NCBI GenBank assembly: GCA_965203295.1
Contig: CBDBCZ010000016.1
Location: forward strand, 992,001 to 1,056,000
From: Nitrospirales bacterium
GTDB taxonomy: Bacteria > Nitrospirota > Nitrospiria > Nitrospirales > UBA8639
Length of the DNA: 64,000 bases
Direction: 5' to 3'
How positions within the stretch are numbered: position 1 is the first letter of the stretch; every line of letters begins with the position of its first letter. The notes under the pieces are model-generated. The model worked only from the letters and a program-made list of their open reading frames with translations. It was not told the origin of the DNA and searched no databases. Shown here piece after piece: positions 39,119-51,903 of the stretch. The position numbers and the translations under genes were made by a program.

Positions 39119-40966
39119 TTAGTAAATGGATGGTTCATCAAGTTCCTCATCACTGCTTTGTTCAATATTCATGGGGTCTTGGAGCAGAGCTGCACATTCC
39201 TCGGGATTAACACAGCGATCTGGTAGCAGCGATTCCACCGAGTTATTCCGCCTCCATGTACTTTCACACAGTATCAGAATTTTAAGTACCAGTGCTGCAA
39301 TTTTTGTGTGTCTGGAAATAATCCAGTAGACTGCTACCACTGTCATATAAATAAAAGGAACTGGCAACAACACAGCAAACATGATATTCAAAAAAATCTC
39401 AGATTTTGTGTTGGCTACTTGGACACTTAATATTGCGCTAGCCACCAAACAAAAATATACCAGCGCAACTGTAAGGATCAATCCTGTATCGACTGCATTG
39501 TGCTTTGGTAATTTATAAGGCTGCACTACAGCAAACAGAAAAGCAAAAAAAGTTAATATCAAGCCTGCAATAAAACAAGCCATGATAACAGAAGAACTTA
39601 AAGTCATTGCAAACGTAAGTAAAATGAGGATCCGTACCAGTAGATATAACGTTGAAAAATGTCGACAATCCCTTGAGCTGTCTGTGCCATTTTTATAACA
39701 GCCTTGGAAGGCATCCATAAATATATGAAGTGCATGACAGTCGAGGTTGTAGAAATTAAGCATCTTTTGAAAGCTTGAACAGGGGTAAAGAAATAAAAGA
39801 ATAAGAGGAAGAATATTAAATATGAAAAGGATTACAATTGCTAGGATGGCATAGGGCAAATGTTGCTTCCCAAAGTATTCAACTGTCCCATCAAAGTAGA
39901 GGTACAGTTCCATCGACTCCCCATGGACATTATAAACACATACTGGAACAAGAAAATCAAATGATACACTGAGAAATTTGACATATGAAAGAAGAAGAAA
40001 AGATGCAAAGGCTTCAACCAAGGATGTTTGGATATCCCACTGCCTCTGAAGACGAGCAAAGCATATACGAAAGGGCTTCCACAACCATACTACTAATTTG
40101 CAGTCATGGTTATGTAGTTTAACAAGTGAATATGTTGTTATTGTCAAGAAAAGTGGGTAAGCTGCTATAATGTAGTCAAGTGCTAATACTTGGAGAGTAC
40201 TCATACCGGGATGCAAGCAAAATCTAGGGTATAGAGTACGGAAAAAGTCCAGGTTCCAGAAGCCGTATAATGATCCAATTACTGCAACTATAACAGTCCA
40301 TCCATCAGAAAAAATGACACTGGAGAGTATTCTTGCTTGCACAGGGAAGGTGAATACTTGGCAAACAAGTAGGAATGCGTTCATGGAGGGTGAAGTGGCA
40401 CTGATGTGAAAGGTTATTACCATGACAAAAAAAAATGTTAGTGGTAGAAATGCAACAACACAGTACTTTGCCACGTTGTTATTACTTGAACACCTCACAC
40501 ATCGCCAGTCATGAGAGTAGGCAGGTGGAGCAAACCCTTCTTTACACTTACCACACAACTGACCTTCCCGATTGCTCCTAAAATCTCCCGTGCCACACAT
40601 ATAATCAGACAGGTCATGGACATTGCTAGGAATCGAATCATAGCCTGTACCAATATGACGACACGTGTACATACAGGCACCAGCAACAATGATATTTGGG
40701 TCCCTTGCGTAAGGTGACATACAGAAACATGGAAGCAGCTGCACTTCGGAAGAATTCTCATTACAGTGCACCATGCCTCCCAGACTGGAACCACACCTAC
40801 AGCCAACACTGCCACTAGTGTTCTCATAAATGCTCCATAGGCTAGGGCAGGAGAGAGTTGATAACTCCATGGCGGTGTCATTGACCACTTCGCTACCCCT
40901 CTTGGAATGGGTATGCTGTGCACCTCCTTGTCCGATCAATAGCAGTAGACAGACCACTGTCAGCAT
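39119..40966 (-). CDS. Intronless Cys-rich multi-pass TM protein (paralog 2)
   Basis: ~615-aa ORF, collinear with paralog 1. Confidence 0.88.
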   Translation of the reverse strand: MLTVVCLLLLIGQGGAQHTHSKRGSEVVNDTAMELSTLSCPSLWSIYENTSGSVGCRCGSSLGGMVHCNENSSEVQLLPCFCMSPYARDPNIIVAGACMYTCRHIGTGYDSIPSNVHDLSDYMCGTGDFRSNREGQLCGKCKEGFAPPAYSHDWRCVRCSSNNNVAKYCVVAFLPLTFFFVMVITFHISATSPSMNAFLLVCQVFTFPVQARILSSVIFSDGWTVIVAVIGSLYGFWNLDFFRTLYPRFCLHPGMSTLQVLALDYIIAAYPLFLTITTYSLVKLHNHDCKLVVWLWKPFRICFARLQRQWDIQTSLVEAFASFLLLSYVKFLSVSFDFLVPVCVYNVHGESMELYLYFDGTVEYFGKQHLPYAILAIVILFIFNILPLILLFLYPCSSFQKMLNFYNLDCHALHIFMDAFQGCYKNGTDSSRDCRHFSTLYLLVRILILLTFAMTLSSSVIMACFIAGLILTFFAFLFAVVQPYKLPKHNAVDTGLILTVALVYFCLVASAILSVQVANTKSEIFLNIMFAVLLPVPFIYMTVVAVYWIISRHTKIAALVLKILILCESTWRRNNSVESLLPDRCVNPEECAALLQDPMNIEQSSDEELDEPSIY

Positions 40967-41869
40967 AATGACCAAGTTAATTGACAGAACAAATTTAACT
41001 CTATAGCTAAATAGGTAGTCAGGTTGAGCTTATGAAGGCATTTTTCATTAACAGTTTTTATTTCAATGTTTATTCTTTCTTGTAGGTAGCATTTGATATC
41101 CTAGAAAATTCAGTGTTAGGTAAGGCCTTTTTTCTAAGAGCAATTTTAATTTCAATGTTTATAGTTTCTTAATTTGTTGAGATCATGATATCCAAGAAAA
41201 TTTATTGTTACGTATACGTAAGCATAACAGGTAGTTAAGTCATCACCTCTTTCCTGCCCTGAAGTCCTTTTTTCTAAAAACAATTTCTATTTCAGTGTGT
41301 ATCGTTTCTAGTTGATATCCAAGAAAATTTAATGTTAGGTAATTCCATGCACAGAAGAGTGACAATTGACTCAAAAAATAACAATGCCATCAGGTTTCAT
41401 ATAGAAACTGTCAGTGATGGTCGGGAAATTACAACACATAGCTAGCTGACCTTGTGTGTGGAGCTAGACGTGCTTCCTTATTAGTAGCTATTGGCCTTCT
41501 TGCCATTAAAGTAAAAGTAGCTGAAGTAAATTATATTAAGTGTACATGTATGTTGCAGAGGGGGTCACAGGGACACTAAATATATGTATTTTATGTCGTT
41601 TGAGTGTATAGCGATTTAGATGGAAAATAATTGGATAAGTTTTAATGACTTTAAAAGGCCGGAGTGGCCTATAAGTCTGAAATAATAAAGTGTCTTCTAC
41701 TATAAAAACTTGCAAGATAGTAACCTACTCTATATTATACAGCTCTACACGCAGTTGGTCAGACATAAATACACAAACGCTTGTTCTTTGCTAAGATACA
41801 AAAAGGAGGAATCTACAAAACCTATCTCACAGAATAGTTGGTGTCTTAGGTCCTCAAAGCGCCACAGTC

Positions 41870-42410
41870 TAGTACGTAGGAAATGCAATTTCGTTTCCAC
41901 AGCACCAGTTTAATTTTACATATTCTGCTCGTTCAGAAAGTATTTCTGTGCCTACCTATAGTTCAATCTCAAGGCTGTGGTTCGTGGTTCGGAGTTTCAC
42001 AAAAACAGTTCTGTGAATATGGCTGAGATACTTGCTCATTGCCAATTCTGTTTTGTAACTGGCAAAGGAGTCAAGTTTGGATGTAGTCTGGACACTACAT
42101 GTATATGCCCACTCTTCCTTGTAACTGATCTGGAGTTGGTGGATGAAGTTAGCGACAAAGTCTGTATCCTGCCTTGGCATCTCTGTTGTCATAGTGACCT
42201 CTGCTAGAGAGTCTTTCAAATGAGTGTACCACGATAAGTTTACCCATTCAGTCTATAGCTGTACAATCCCCTTCACCATATCTGAGGGAAAGTTACAGAC
42301 TCTCTTCCACCAAGCCACCTTTTTAATCTGCAGTCCGATATTGATGGGGATATCGTCCGAGTTCCCCGAGAGCAGCCAACGTAGGCAGTGTTGATCTTCC
42401 AACTCCCAGT
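41870..42410 (-). mobile_element. Degenerate non-LTR retrotransposon (LINE) ORF2 3' fragment
   Basis: SKLDSFASYKTEL..SKYL...HRTVFVKLRTTNHSLEIE(LGRH) resembles the C-terminal region of LINE RT proteins; contains stops. Confidence 0.6.
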
Positions 42411-42419
42411 GCATACGTA

Positions 42420-42836
42420 TAATTAATAGCATGGCTCCGAGTGCAATTAGGGATTAATAGCACGAGTGAGTGGCATTAACTAGGTTTTAAATTGCACGAG
42501 GCGAAGCCGAGTGCTATTTGCCTAGTTGATGCCACTCACAAGTGCTATTAATCCCTACTTGCACGAGAAACCATGCTATTATTTGTTAATCATGTAATTC
42601 GTCATCGAAAGGTAGGCGGGGCTTTTACAAGCTCGTCATCACCGACCCAATTCTGCTAGTACCTGCGAGAGAGACGAATCTCTATGCCGCTGCTCTACTA
42701 ACGTTTCAATGCCCATAGGCCCGGATTGCATAAATTTCTGGCCAATCAAATTGCTATTACAAATTTTGCACACTTATTGCCCAATAGTATCGCTATTTCA
42801 GTTTTGTACACTTTTGCGTACAAGAAAACATGATTT
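42420..42836 (+). mobile_element. GA-mismatch hairpin element, family 4
   Basis: Palindrome 42424-42581 centred on gcacgaggcgaagccgagtgc; tail with ggccaatcaaattgc. 3' boundary approximate. Confidence 0.7.
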
Positions 42837-43258
42837 GAATACAAGTAAACACAAATACAAGATATATTGCACACTTGTCTATGTAGTTTTAGTACAGTAC
42901 AATAACAATTATATGATTATTACAAGAAGCATGCATTGCACAGTGCGGCTGCATGCGGAGGCATGCGCATGCGCAGTACGGCTGTATGCAGGGGCATGCG
43001 CAGTGCAGCTAGTGCATGATGGTGAGGCAGGAAGCTAATGCAGTTGGCATTCCTGCGTTGCTAAGGCTTGGGAGTATTAAAGGTGTTGCACTAGAAAGGT
43101 AGTCATTCTTGAGCAACTACAGCTGGAATCTGGCAAAGCAAACTTTCATTTCTAGACGCGCAGCTTTTCCCGTGTATTCGTACTAAGTTTCATCGGCTTT
43201 CGGTGTTACCGTCCCTTCGGTGTTGCACTTGATATCGCGTCGAAGTCCGTCCCGTAAT

Positions 43259-44337
43259 ATGGCAACCGGCGGAGGAGCTCCACAACAGCTCAATTCGCAT
43301 AGCTGCTTAGCCGCTATATATAAAGGGGGTTGAGGCTAACGTAGACCGTGCGAAAAGCTTTCTCAGATGCGGCGAGAGCTGAAAGAAGAGCGCGAGTCGG
43401 CCGACGGCCGGATAGTGAAGAAACTTCGGCTCGAGAAAAAGCCGACCTTCAAGAAGTTGGGAAATGAAAAACAATTCGAGTTCAACGCGGAGGTGCAAGA
43501 CAAGCTGGACTCTGCAGATGCCGCTCTTGCCCAGAGGCCGCCGGCGGTGGAGAAGACCAGAACCCTTCTGGAGGAAGGTCAGAAAGAAAATAAAGACTAT
43601 AGCGGATAGAAGTGAGAACGGGTGCCGGGCTACGGTTAAAGAGTATGAGGAGGATGAGCTTGCAGAAAATTCAGAAGAGGCTCTTCAGAGCCGAAGCTAG
43701 GGCAGGAAGAATCTATCATTTGCCTTTCATGAGGTTGCCAGACCCTAGGTACCAGTGCAACCACAAGTCTGCACTGGAAAATGCAGTTTACGTTACTGAT
43801 GCTATTCAGGAACTGGTTACGGGGCATTGTGTGGTGGAATGTGACCGGTGTCCTATTGTGTGCAGCCCATTGTCTGTGGTAACCAGTGCCAAGGGCAAAA
43901 GACGCCTAGTCTTGGATTTGAGGTACCTGAATAGGTTCTTGCCAAACAGGAAGTTCAAGTATGAGGGGTTAAACCTAATTTTGTTGTTGTTCCAGCAGGG
44001 CAAGTATTTCATAGTATTTGATCTTAAATCAGGCTACCATCATGTGGATACATATACATGAAGAGTGTTGGCCATATCTGGGTTTGCCTGGGAGGTTCAG
44101 AGCACTAGAAGATGGTATGCTTTTTGAGTGCTACCTTTTGGTTCGTCTACACATGCTATGTTTTTACAAAGCTGCTGAGACCTCTAGTCAAGAAATCAGG
44201 TGGAGATCTATTGGTCTTCGATGTGTGATGTACATTGATGATGAAATCAATGCTGCTAGCTCAGAGCACAAATGTAGATCAGATACAGCTGTGATAGTAT
44301 CAGATCTACAGCGAGCTGGGTCTGTACTCAATGTGAC
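43259..44337 (+). mobile_element. Degenerate DIRS/Ngaro-like (tyrosine-recombinase) retrotransposon: gag-like and RT fragments
   Basis: KKPTFKKLGNEKQFEFN (gag-like); SPLSVV...KRRLVLDLRYLN, FKYEGL, FDLKSGYHHVD, YIDD. Frameshifted, internally deleted and 3'-truncated. Confidence 0.85.
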
Positions 44338-46937
44338 ATGACACTGCTACATACACCTGTAATTCTGGGTTTGAGTTGATCGGAGGTGATACCACAACCT
44401 GCACAGTGAGTGTGAACTCTTCATCATTCCTACCTGCACCGCCATCTTGCAGGCGTGAATGACTCCCTGGAGTGGGTACATGCCATTATTGTAGTTGCAT
44501 GTGTCAATCATAACACTATGTCCTTGCTTTACAGAGTAGAGCTAACTTGGCATTTATGCATACCCTAGTGCAGCTTCCATGCTATGTTTCCAGATCAATT
44601 AGCTTGTGTACAAAAATAGGTTCCATCTTGTTATAATTCCAGAACCGCATAAGTTTGTTTCTAATCTCTAATGAGAGTGTGTAACCACAATACTAAGTGT
44701 ACGTAGGTCCATTACATTGTCCGTGTTTATGAGATATAGTGCACTTAAGCTTGGCTATCCATTAACTAAAATTTGCATGAATCTTGCTCTATTGACATTG
44801 CCTATAGCATGGTGACTTTCATTGGCAACTCCAACCACAACATGCATGATAATTGATACAAGCCGTGCAGTATTTCAACCAATGCCACCACGGTCTTGCA
44901 GGTGTGAGTACACTGGATGAGTGTAAACTACCCTGGAATGCTAGTACATGTAGCATTGTTTGATTGCGTGGGTCAGTGGTATATGTGTTCACAGAAGTGC
45001 CTCCAGTGCATTTATGTACATATATAGAGCATGGAATGAAACTTTGTGTTACATAGTACATACTAGATATGTGGAGGCAATATTAAATTATTTCTGAGTG
45101 GATCTCCAATAAACCCATGGTCACTAGGCCAGGGCTTACTAGTTCGAAGGATGCTGTAGTGATTCTGACAAGAGAAGCCAGAGCTGTGAGAAGCATCAAG
45201 AAATTCAGGTCTAGATCTTGTAGTACAGAGCTCAGTAAAACCTCAAAAGGTCACTGTGCCGGAATCCCACTAACTAGCATCAACATACAAAATTTCCGAA
45301 CACAAAATACCAGCTACAAGTGATAAAACACAGTAACTTTAGCAATTTCTTCAATCCACAAGCCAGTGCATACATCATAGGCTGTGTTTTAATCGCTTAG
45401 TAAAAACATTGACTCTAAAAGCAAATTTGCATAGCTACATATCAATTGTTACTGCATGTGTAAGCATATTGTGTTATACATTTGCTGCATTCTAATCTTT
45501 CCATGCTTAAAACACACTCACAATTCTGAATTGTTATATTTCTCAACAAAACACGGCCTATATTATATTGGTTAACTAAATGTGTTCACATGCACTAATT
45601 TTCTGAATGAGAACACACATTAACTCACATGAATTTTGCTCTGCAGCACTGTGTCCTGATCCGGTTAACATTGACAATGGAAATGTGACAATCACTGGCA
45701 ACTCCGTTAATGACACTGCTACCTTCACCTGCGATCAAGGCTTCGAGTTGATTGGTAGTGCAAGCACGACTTGTACATTAGTGAACTCATACTCTGCAGC
45801 ATTTTCACCACATCAACCATTTTACAGCCGTGGGTTCTGCATGAATATAGCTAGATACTTGCATACATGTAAAAAGTAAAGGCTTAATCTCATTGCCATA
45901 TATAGTACAGTGTCTTGTACCACGATGGGTATAGATCGAGCTCAAAGGCACCCACAGTGTAATATAAGTTGCGAATCCGTGCACAGAGTGCAATTTTACA
46001 TCATTCTTTACATATGTAGTAAAAGCAATACACCAGATGGACAAATGAGTTATGCAGAGAATGTGTAAATTATACATCACCAGTTTTCTACAGTCAGGGT
46101 CTCTAGACTGACGCCTTACACTAAACTATAACTCTTCACTGATATTGATTGCTGGGTTAACATGCATCATTAATCTGCTGATAGAGCAGTAATGGAAAAC
46201 ACCATACAGCTCAATAACGGTAGTTAAGTAGTTGCCAGTGCCTTTCTATAGCTCAAATTCAGGTGCATACTAAGACTGTGTGAGAGCCATGGTGCTGTTT
46301 GGATATCATCTCATAGGAATTCAGTGATCACCTAAAAAGCCAGTGGTTTGTTTTAGGTACATTGGCCTGGAACGTTGCAGGTACACAGTACAAACTGTGG
46401 TTTAGTTTTGCTCATTTCCTGTCTCTCAACGCAGGTTTGTCAAGTACTTCCTTTCCTATATGTATACTTTTTTTTTGAAATATCCTTTCCCCCTTTATGA
46501 CCCCTTACGAGTTTTTTTTTTTTAGTGATTGAGGCTTAACTTGCATTTATTCGTTTGGTTGTGTTAGGCATCATTGTTTGTGATGAGCTCCCTGAAATAA
46601 GAGTCAGGCTGCAAAATGTAAGTGTACTCCATTGACTCACAGTGATGGCTTGCGTAACACATACATAAGATAAAAAAGCATTCTGAGTAGCTAACTTCAA
46701 ACCTTTCCTCATGCAGGATAATCTCACTGGTGAAGACCTTGAAGACATTCTTGAAGAATTGGCTACAGTTATTGATTTAGCTGATGAGCGAGATCAGCAA
46801 ACCACTGAAAGCCTACAAGTGGTAACCTTGCATGGCCGTCAACAGAATTGCACCATTGAGTGGCCCAGAGTTTATTATTGAGGAGCAGGTACATCTAGAC
46901 CCAACCATCTCAGCATGTTTAGAGACATTCACGGCCT

Positions 46938-47005
46938 TTCCAGTAGCCTAGTGGTAGAAATGCTTGAATTGCAGAGCTGAGAGGCTGGGTTCAATCCCAA
47001 CCGCA
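46938..47005 (+). mobile_element. tRNA-derived SINE head / tRNA-like relic
   Basis: A-box-like tagcctagtggtag and B-box-like ggttcaatccc at tRNA spacing, followed by T-rich sequence. Confidence 0.45.
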
Positions 47006-47948
47006 AACACTTTTATTCTTAGTTTGAGTCCAGTTCTTTTCTCGCTAGCTTGAGTCTGACCTTTATCTTCATGTGTTCATTTCACATATTTGGACTGCAC
47101 TGGCTTTATTTAGAATGGGCTATCTCTGTAGCTCCTATGCTTTGATAATGAGTGGAAAGCGTAACGTGTTAGTGTAGTGTAGAACTGAGAAATGAGCCAA
47201 CGTGACAAGTCTACCACATCTTTTATGTTACAGACATGATGGTATCAGTATAGTATGTACATGCAGATCTTATCTTCATGATAAGCATGCATGGCATACT
47301 ATTAGATACGTGATCAGCCTAATGGCTATATCATGATAGCACTGGCCAGGTCATGGTTCAGTATAGCAGCATCTTTCATTCTTGCACCCACATTCCTTTC
47401 ACTAGCCATGCTTACACTTGGCCGGTTGGTGCTTGCCCGATTTCTTAGTAACTGCAATGCATCGTATGTTTTTATGTATTAGAGGCTATCTGTACTTATT
47501 ATCTATCACTGTTTTCACCATAGACTGTGATTGATGCTCTTGCATTAGTGGATTTTACTCTGCGCTTGCCAGAAGATGTTGTATCAGAAGAAGGGTCTGA
47601 GTAAGTTACGTTAACTAGATTAGAAGGATGTTTGAATTTATGATGATGCAAGTATTCTATTACTGCAGACTAATTTTCAACCTTGAAAGAATACTCATTA
47701 GTTTAGTACGGCAAGAAGACTTCACCAACCTTACATCATCTCAGGAAAACATCATTTTAATAGCAGAGAGGGTATGCGGGCGTGTATGCATGCATGTACT
47801 AACTGTCGAATATTTTATTCCTTCCTCTTTTTTAAAAAATTAGGTTGAAAGGTCACTCCTTCAGTCTAATGGAAGACGGTTTAATGTCTCAGAAGATATT
47901 CAAGGTACAGCACATTATATTATTAGCAGGACATCTGCATGAAGCATA

Positions 47949-48338
47949 TAAGTAATATTTAGATACCAGTTGGCAGTGCATTACGTGATATAGTAGCGCG
48001 CGAGGACAATTAAGTAACGGTCGAGGGCGGATAATGCACGAGCCGAAGGCGAGTGCATTATCCGCCCGAGACCGTTACTTAATTGTCCGAGCGCGCTACT
48101 ATATCACGTAATGCACTGCCAACTGGTATCTAAAGTATTTAGTTCACTCACTGACCTGAGACAGCCACGGTTCTGCTGGGCGTTATTTAGAAAAGTGTGC
48201 ACTAATTTTGTTAATGCACACTTAAGTGTGCATTAACAACTTAGTGCACACTTAAGTGTGCATTAAGCGATTTAACGTGCGGTCATGTGATCGAGTTTGA
48301 GACTTCTGATTCGTCGAAGGTCACGTGAGTAGCACTAA
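47949..48338 (+). mobile_element. GA-mismatch hairpin element, family 5, copy 1 (intronic)
   Basis: 177-bp palindrome 47958-48134, perfect except three CGAG/CGAG mismatches and a GAA loop; near-identical to 55824-56218. Confidence 0.9.
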
Positions 48339-51093
48339 CATGATTTATGTATGACATTGTATTCTTATCATTCATTGTACAGGGATTTTGCGCTCCACAA
48401 CTGGAGATTTCATTAACACGACACTCGCCTCAGAAGAGATTGCTTTTGCCTTGCTGCCTCCCTCCCTGTTTGGAGCTCTTTCTGATGCTGAAATTGGACT
48501 ATTCTTCTTATTGTATAGAATTTCATTATTATTACCAGTCAGGGTTGACATGCCAAGTACAAACACAAGTGGTATTATAACCAGAATAGGCTCTCCCATA
48601 GTTTCTGCTACAGTGGTTACAGCTGATCAAGCTTCATTCTCTGACCTGATAGAACCGGTCACGATTGGTGTACGGCTTGACCCAGTCACGGAAGGGGTGA
48701 GTGGTGTGAAGTTTAGTTGCCAAGTACCTCAAGCCTTATGCCTTTGTTGTTTCATTGCAGAATATTACACGTTGCACATGTGTGTCTTGGGATTTCAGCC
48801 TTGCAGGTAATATATATGTCTCATCGAACCTCTGCTAGTTCATGTACTATAATTCATAGTGGTACATAAAGTCAGTTTATTTTTTCTCTCAGATGGACGT
48901 GGTAACTGGACTTCTGATGGGTGTGAGACGGTGAAGGGTGATGATCCATATGTAGTTACTTGCCGTTGTGACCATATAACAAACTTTGCTGTCCTGGTGG
49001 TGAAGTAGAGTTAGTATTTCACATACTCCTATTGTACCCAGCACTTCTTTGTTTATTGACTGTTTAAGGTGTAGAGTTAGTCACAGTTGCTGATGTAAAC
49101 AACAAGTAAAAATACCTCACTTGTAATGTCAAGGACACTTCCTATACATACTGACGCCAAATATGGCAAGCAACAACAAGATTGTAATATTAGCTATTAT
49201 AACAGCTTGTACGCAACTAGGTGTATGTGGTAGTAAGTAACTGCAATAGCTAGCTTAAATAAGCATATTGATTATCACATGGACTTCTGGCCCCTCTAAT
49301 TGACATTGTATTGGCTACTATACTATTAAACTATTACTTTGTAACAGCACACCCTATCAATAACAGTGACTAACCTGTGACATTGAGGATCCTCTTTTTA
49401 CACTGTAGGATATTTGTACAAGGGTAGAGGGTTGCAGCCAACTGTCTGCTGAAGCTGAGCTGGCATTGGATATCATCTCCATCATTGGAGTTGTCCTATC
49501 TCTGATAGGCCTCGTATTGACTATCACCACACTCCTTGCATTCAAGTCAGTGTACGTTAGCATGAGTAGCCAATTTGTTCACTTGTCATTTCTCTCTTTC
49601 TCAGGACTTTACGTAAACGTGAGGCTACCAAGTTTCATGTTCAGCTCTGCATCGTGATTCTTTGGTGTTTGTAATTGGCATCGATCGAGTCCCACCTTCT
49701 CATCTCTATGGAGGCTGTGTGGCAGTGTCGGCCCTAATCCAGTACTTCACTCTGGCAGCATTCATGTGGATGGGAGCAGAGGCCCTGCAAATGTTTGCAA
49801 AGCTAGTAATTGTACATGTCCATATCACTGTGAGACACATCATTGCTACCTCAATTATCTGTTGGAGTAAGTCATTTCACTAGTATTACATTTGCAAGCC
49901 CTTATCGCTTCAGTTAAGTCCAGTGGACCTTTGCTATTGGATTCTGTTTTAAAATTCTATCATAGCTACAGCCCTAAAAAAAAGTTCTTACAAGAAGTCT
50001 CTTCATTACCGGTGGACATAATACTAAATGAACCAACACATTTATTCTCTACAGCCTTGCCTATTGTGGCTGTAGTTGTGCCACTGGGAATCGACCGAGA
50101 CTTCATGCTGGGATTTAATGATAACTCCACCGAAGTGAGATTGTGAGTACTGCATGTCTGCTGCGTGTGCAGTAATGTCGTACTATAATAGTATCTCTCC
50201 TATTCAATGGGTAGTCACTTGCATACTTCCCATAAAAATGTTTACAAATGGGATCAAGATTTTTAATTGGCAAAAATTGTCCTTGATTGTTGATGCATTG
50301 ATATTTGCTGTTCGGATTTTATCCTGATCTGTTGATTGTCTCCCAAATAGTACTTTGATTGTTTGATTCCATTTGATGTCATGTTTGCAAACGTTCCTAC
50401 AGGCAGCGCTTAACTACCCCATGCCATTACCCATTCATAGTTGAATATGACATTTATCTTATTACACTGTAGCTGCTTCATTGGAGATATTCAAGTGTTG
50501 TTTGGAGCCTTCATTGGACCCATTGCTGCCATTCTGATATTCAATTCCATAGTGTTTGTAATTGTAGCCAAAACTGCCATCAAGCACAGAAGAAAAGAAT
50601 CTGCCAAAGGAACAACCACAATAATTGGTTTTATTTTGAGACTGATTGGAGTCACATTTCTGCTAGGACTGACATGGGTATTTGGCGGCCTGACTGTCGT
50701 GAGTGAAACCTCACTGGCTTTTCAAATCCTTTTCGCTATATTCAATTCTTCCCAAGGCTTCTTTCTCTTTGTGTTCTTCTGTGTGCTTAACAAAGACGCA
50801 AGACAGTCATGGAAAAGGATTTTGTTTCGTGACCGTTACAAGTAACCTCCACCATCATCAGCGCAGCGTACGTCGCACACCAAGGACAGATATCCACAGA
50901 TTTCATCTCGTGACACGAGATCGACCTCACAAGGTGGAACTCTCAGGAATACTGTTCTGGGAGAGCAATCGATGACTCAGATTCCTACTGATGCTGAGAT
51001 GAGTGCAATCGGAGATGTATATGAGAATCCTGTAGCAGAGAACTCAACCAGAGAGGAAGTGTGGGTGATGGAATTGCTCCTGATCATATTTGT

Positions 51094-51903
51094 AACAAGA
51101 AAATGAAAAAAATTCAAAATAATTTAAAAAGATGTAGGGATGGAGTGCCAAAAAGCAAGAAAACAAGGGTAGGGATAGCATGAACGCAACATACACAGCC
51201 CCATCCCTACATCTTTTTCACATGTCACTGCAACCGTAGTGTTGCGATATTATTGTGTCATACCCATTTAACCAGTGACTCCAACTTGCACAGGCCAACC
51301 CTCTTTGCACGGTTTGCTGATATATATCACAGCTACATGCATGTATATATACCAGTTGAACCAGTAAATTGTATCATTTCTGAAGTATAATTATGCCTAT
51401 GTTGTATGTTATATTGATACATATTTTTTTAAGTGGGGTACTAATGAGGATGTACACACTGTGTGCATGTTTGCATGTATATACATTGTACAGTGTGTTT
51501 ATACAAGCAAACATACACACAGTGTATATTCATGCAGGCTTATTAGTACTCGGAATGTAATTTCAGCCCATGATTGTACATAGATTCTGAAATGCAGGAG
51601 CTACTGTTTGGTGTGTCTCGTACAAAAGTATGTCTGGGTACTAAGGAGGCTGGAAATAAGCTGAAAATTACATACACAGCTTAAATTTCAATACACATCC
51701 ATGGCCACCCCCTTCTCAGTGCTGCCTACAGGAAGGACCATTAAGAATTAATTAGGCCATCATTGCAGTTGACATGTGAAAAAGATGTAGGGATGGGGCT
51801 GTGTATGTTGCGTTCATGCTATCCCTACCCTTGTTTTCTTGCTTTTTGGCACTCCATCCCTACATCTTTTTAAATTATTTTGAATTTTTTTCATTTTCTT
51901 GTT
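51094..51903. repeat. Perfect ~134-bp inverted repeat (51094-51227 / 51770-51903) containing ATGTAGGGATGG motifs
   Basis: Reverse-complement identity read directly. The spacer is homologous to 32654-33100. Confidence 0.9.

Noticed and set aside
46938..47005. Functional tRNA gene
   Set aside because: Acceptor and anticodon stems do not pair convincingly; treated as a SINE-like relic.
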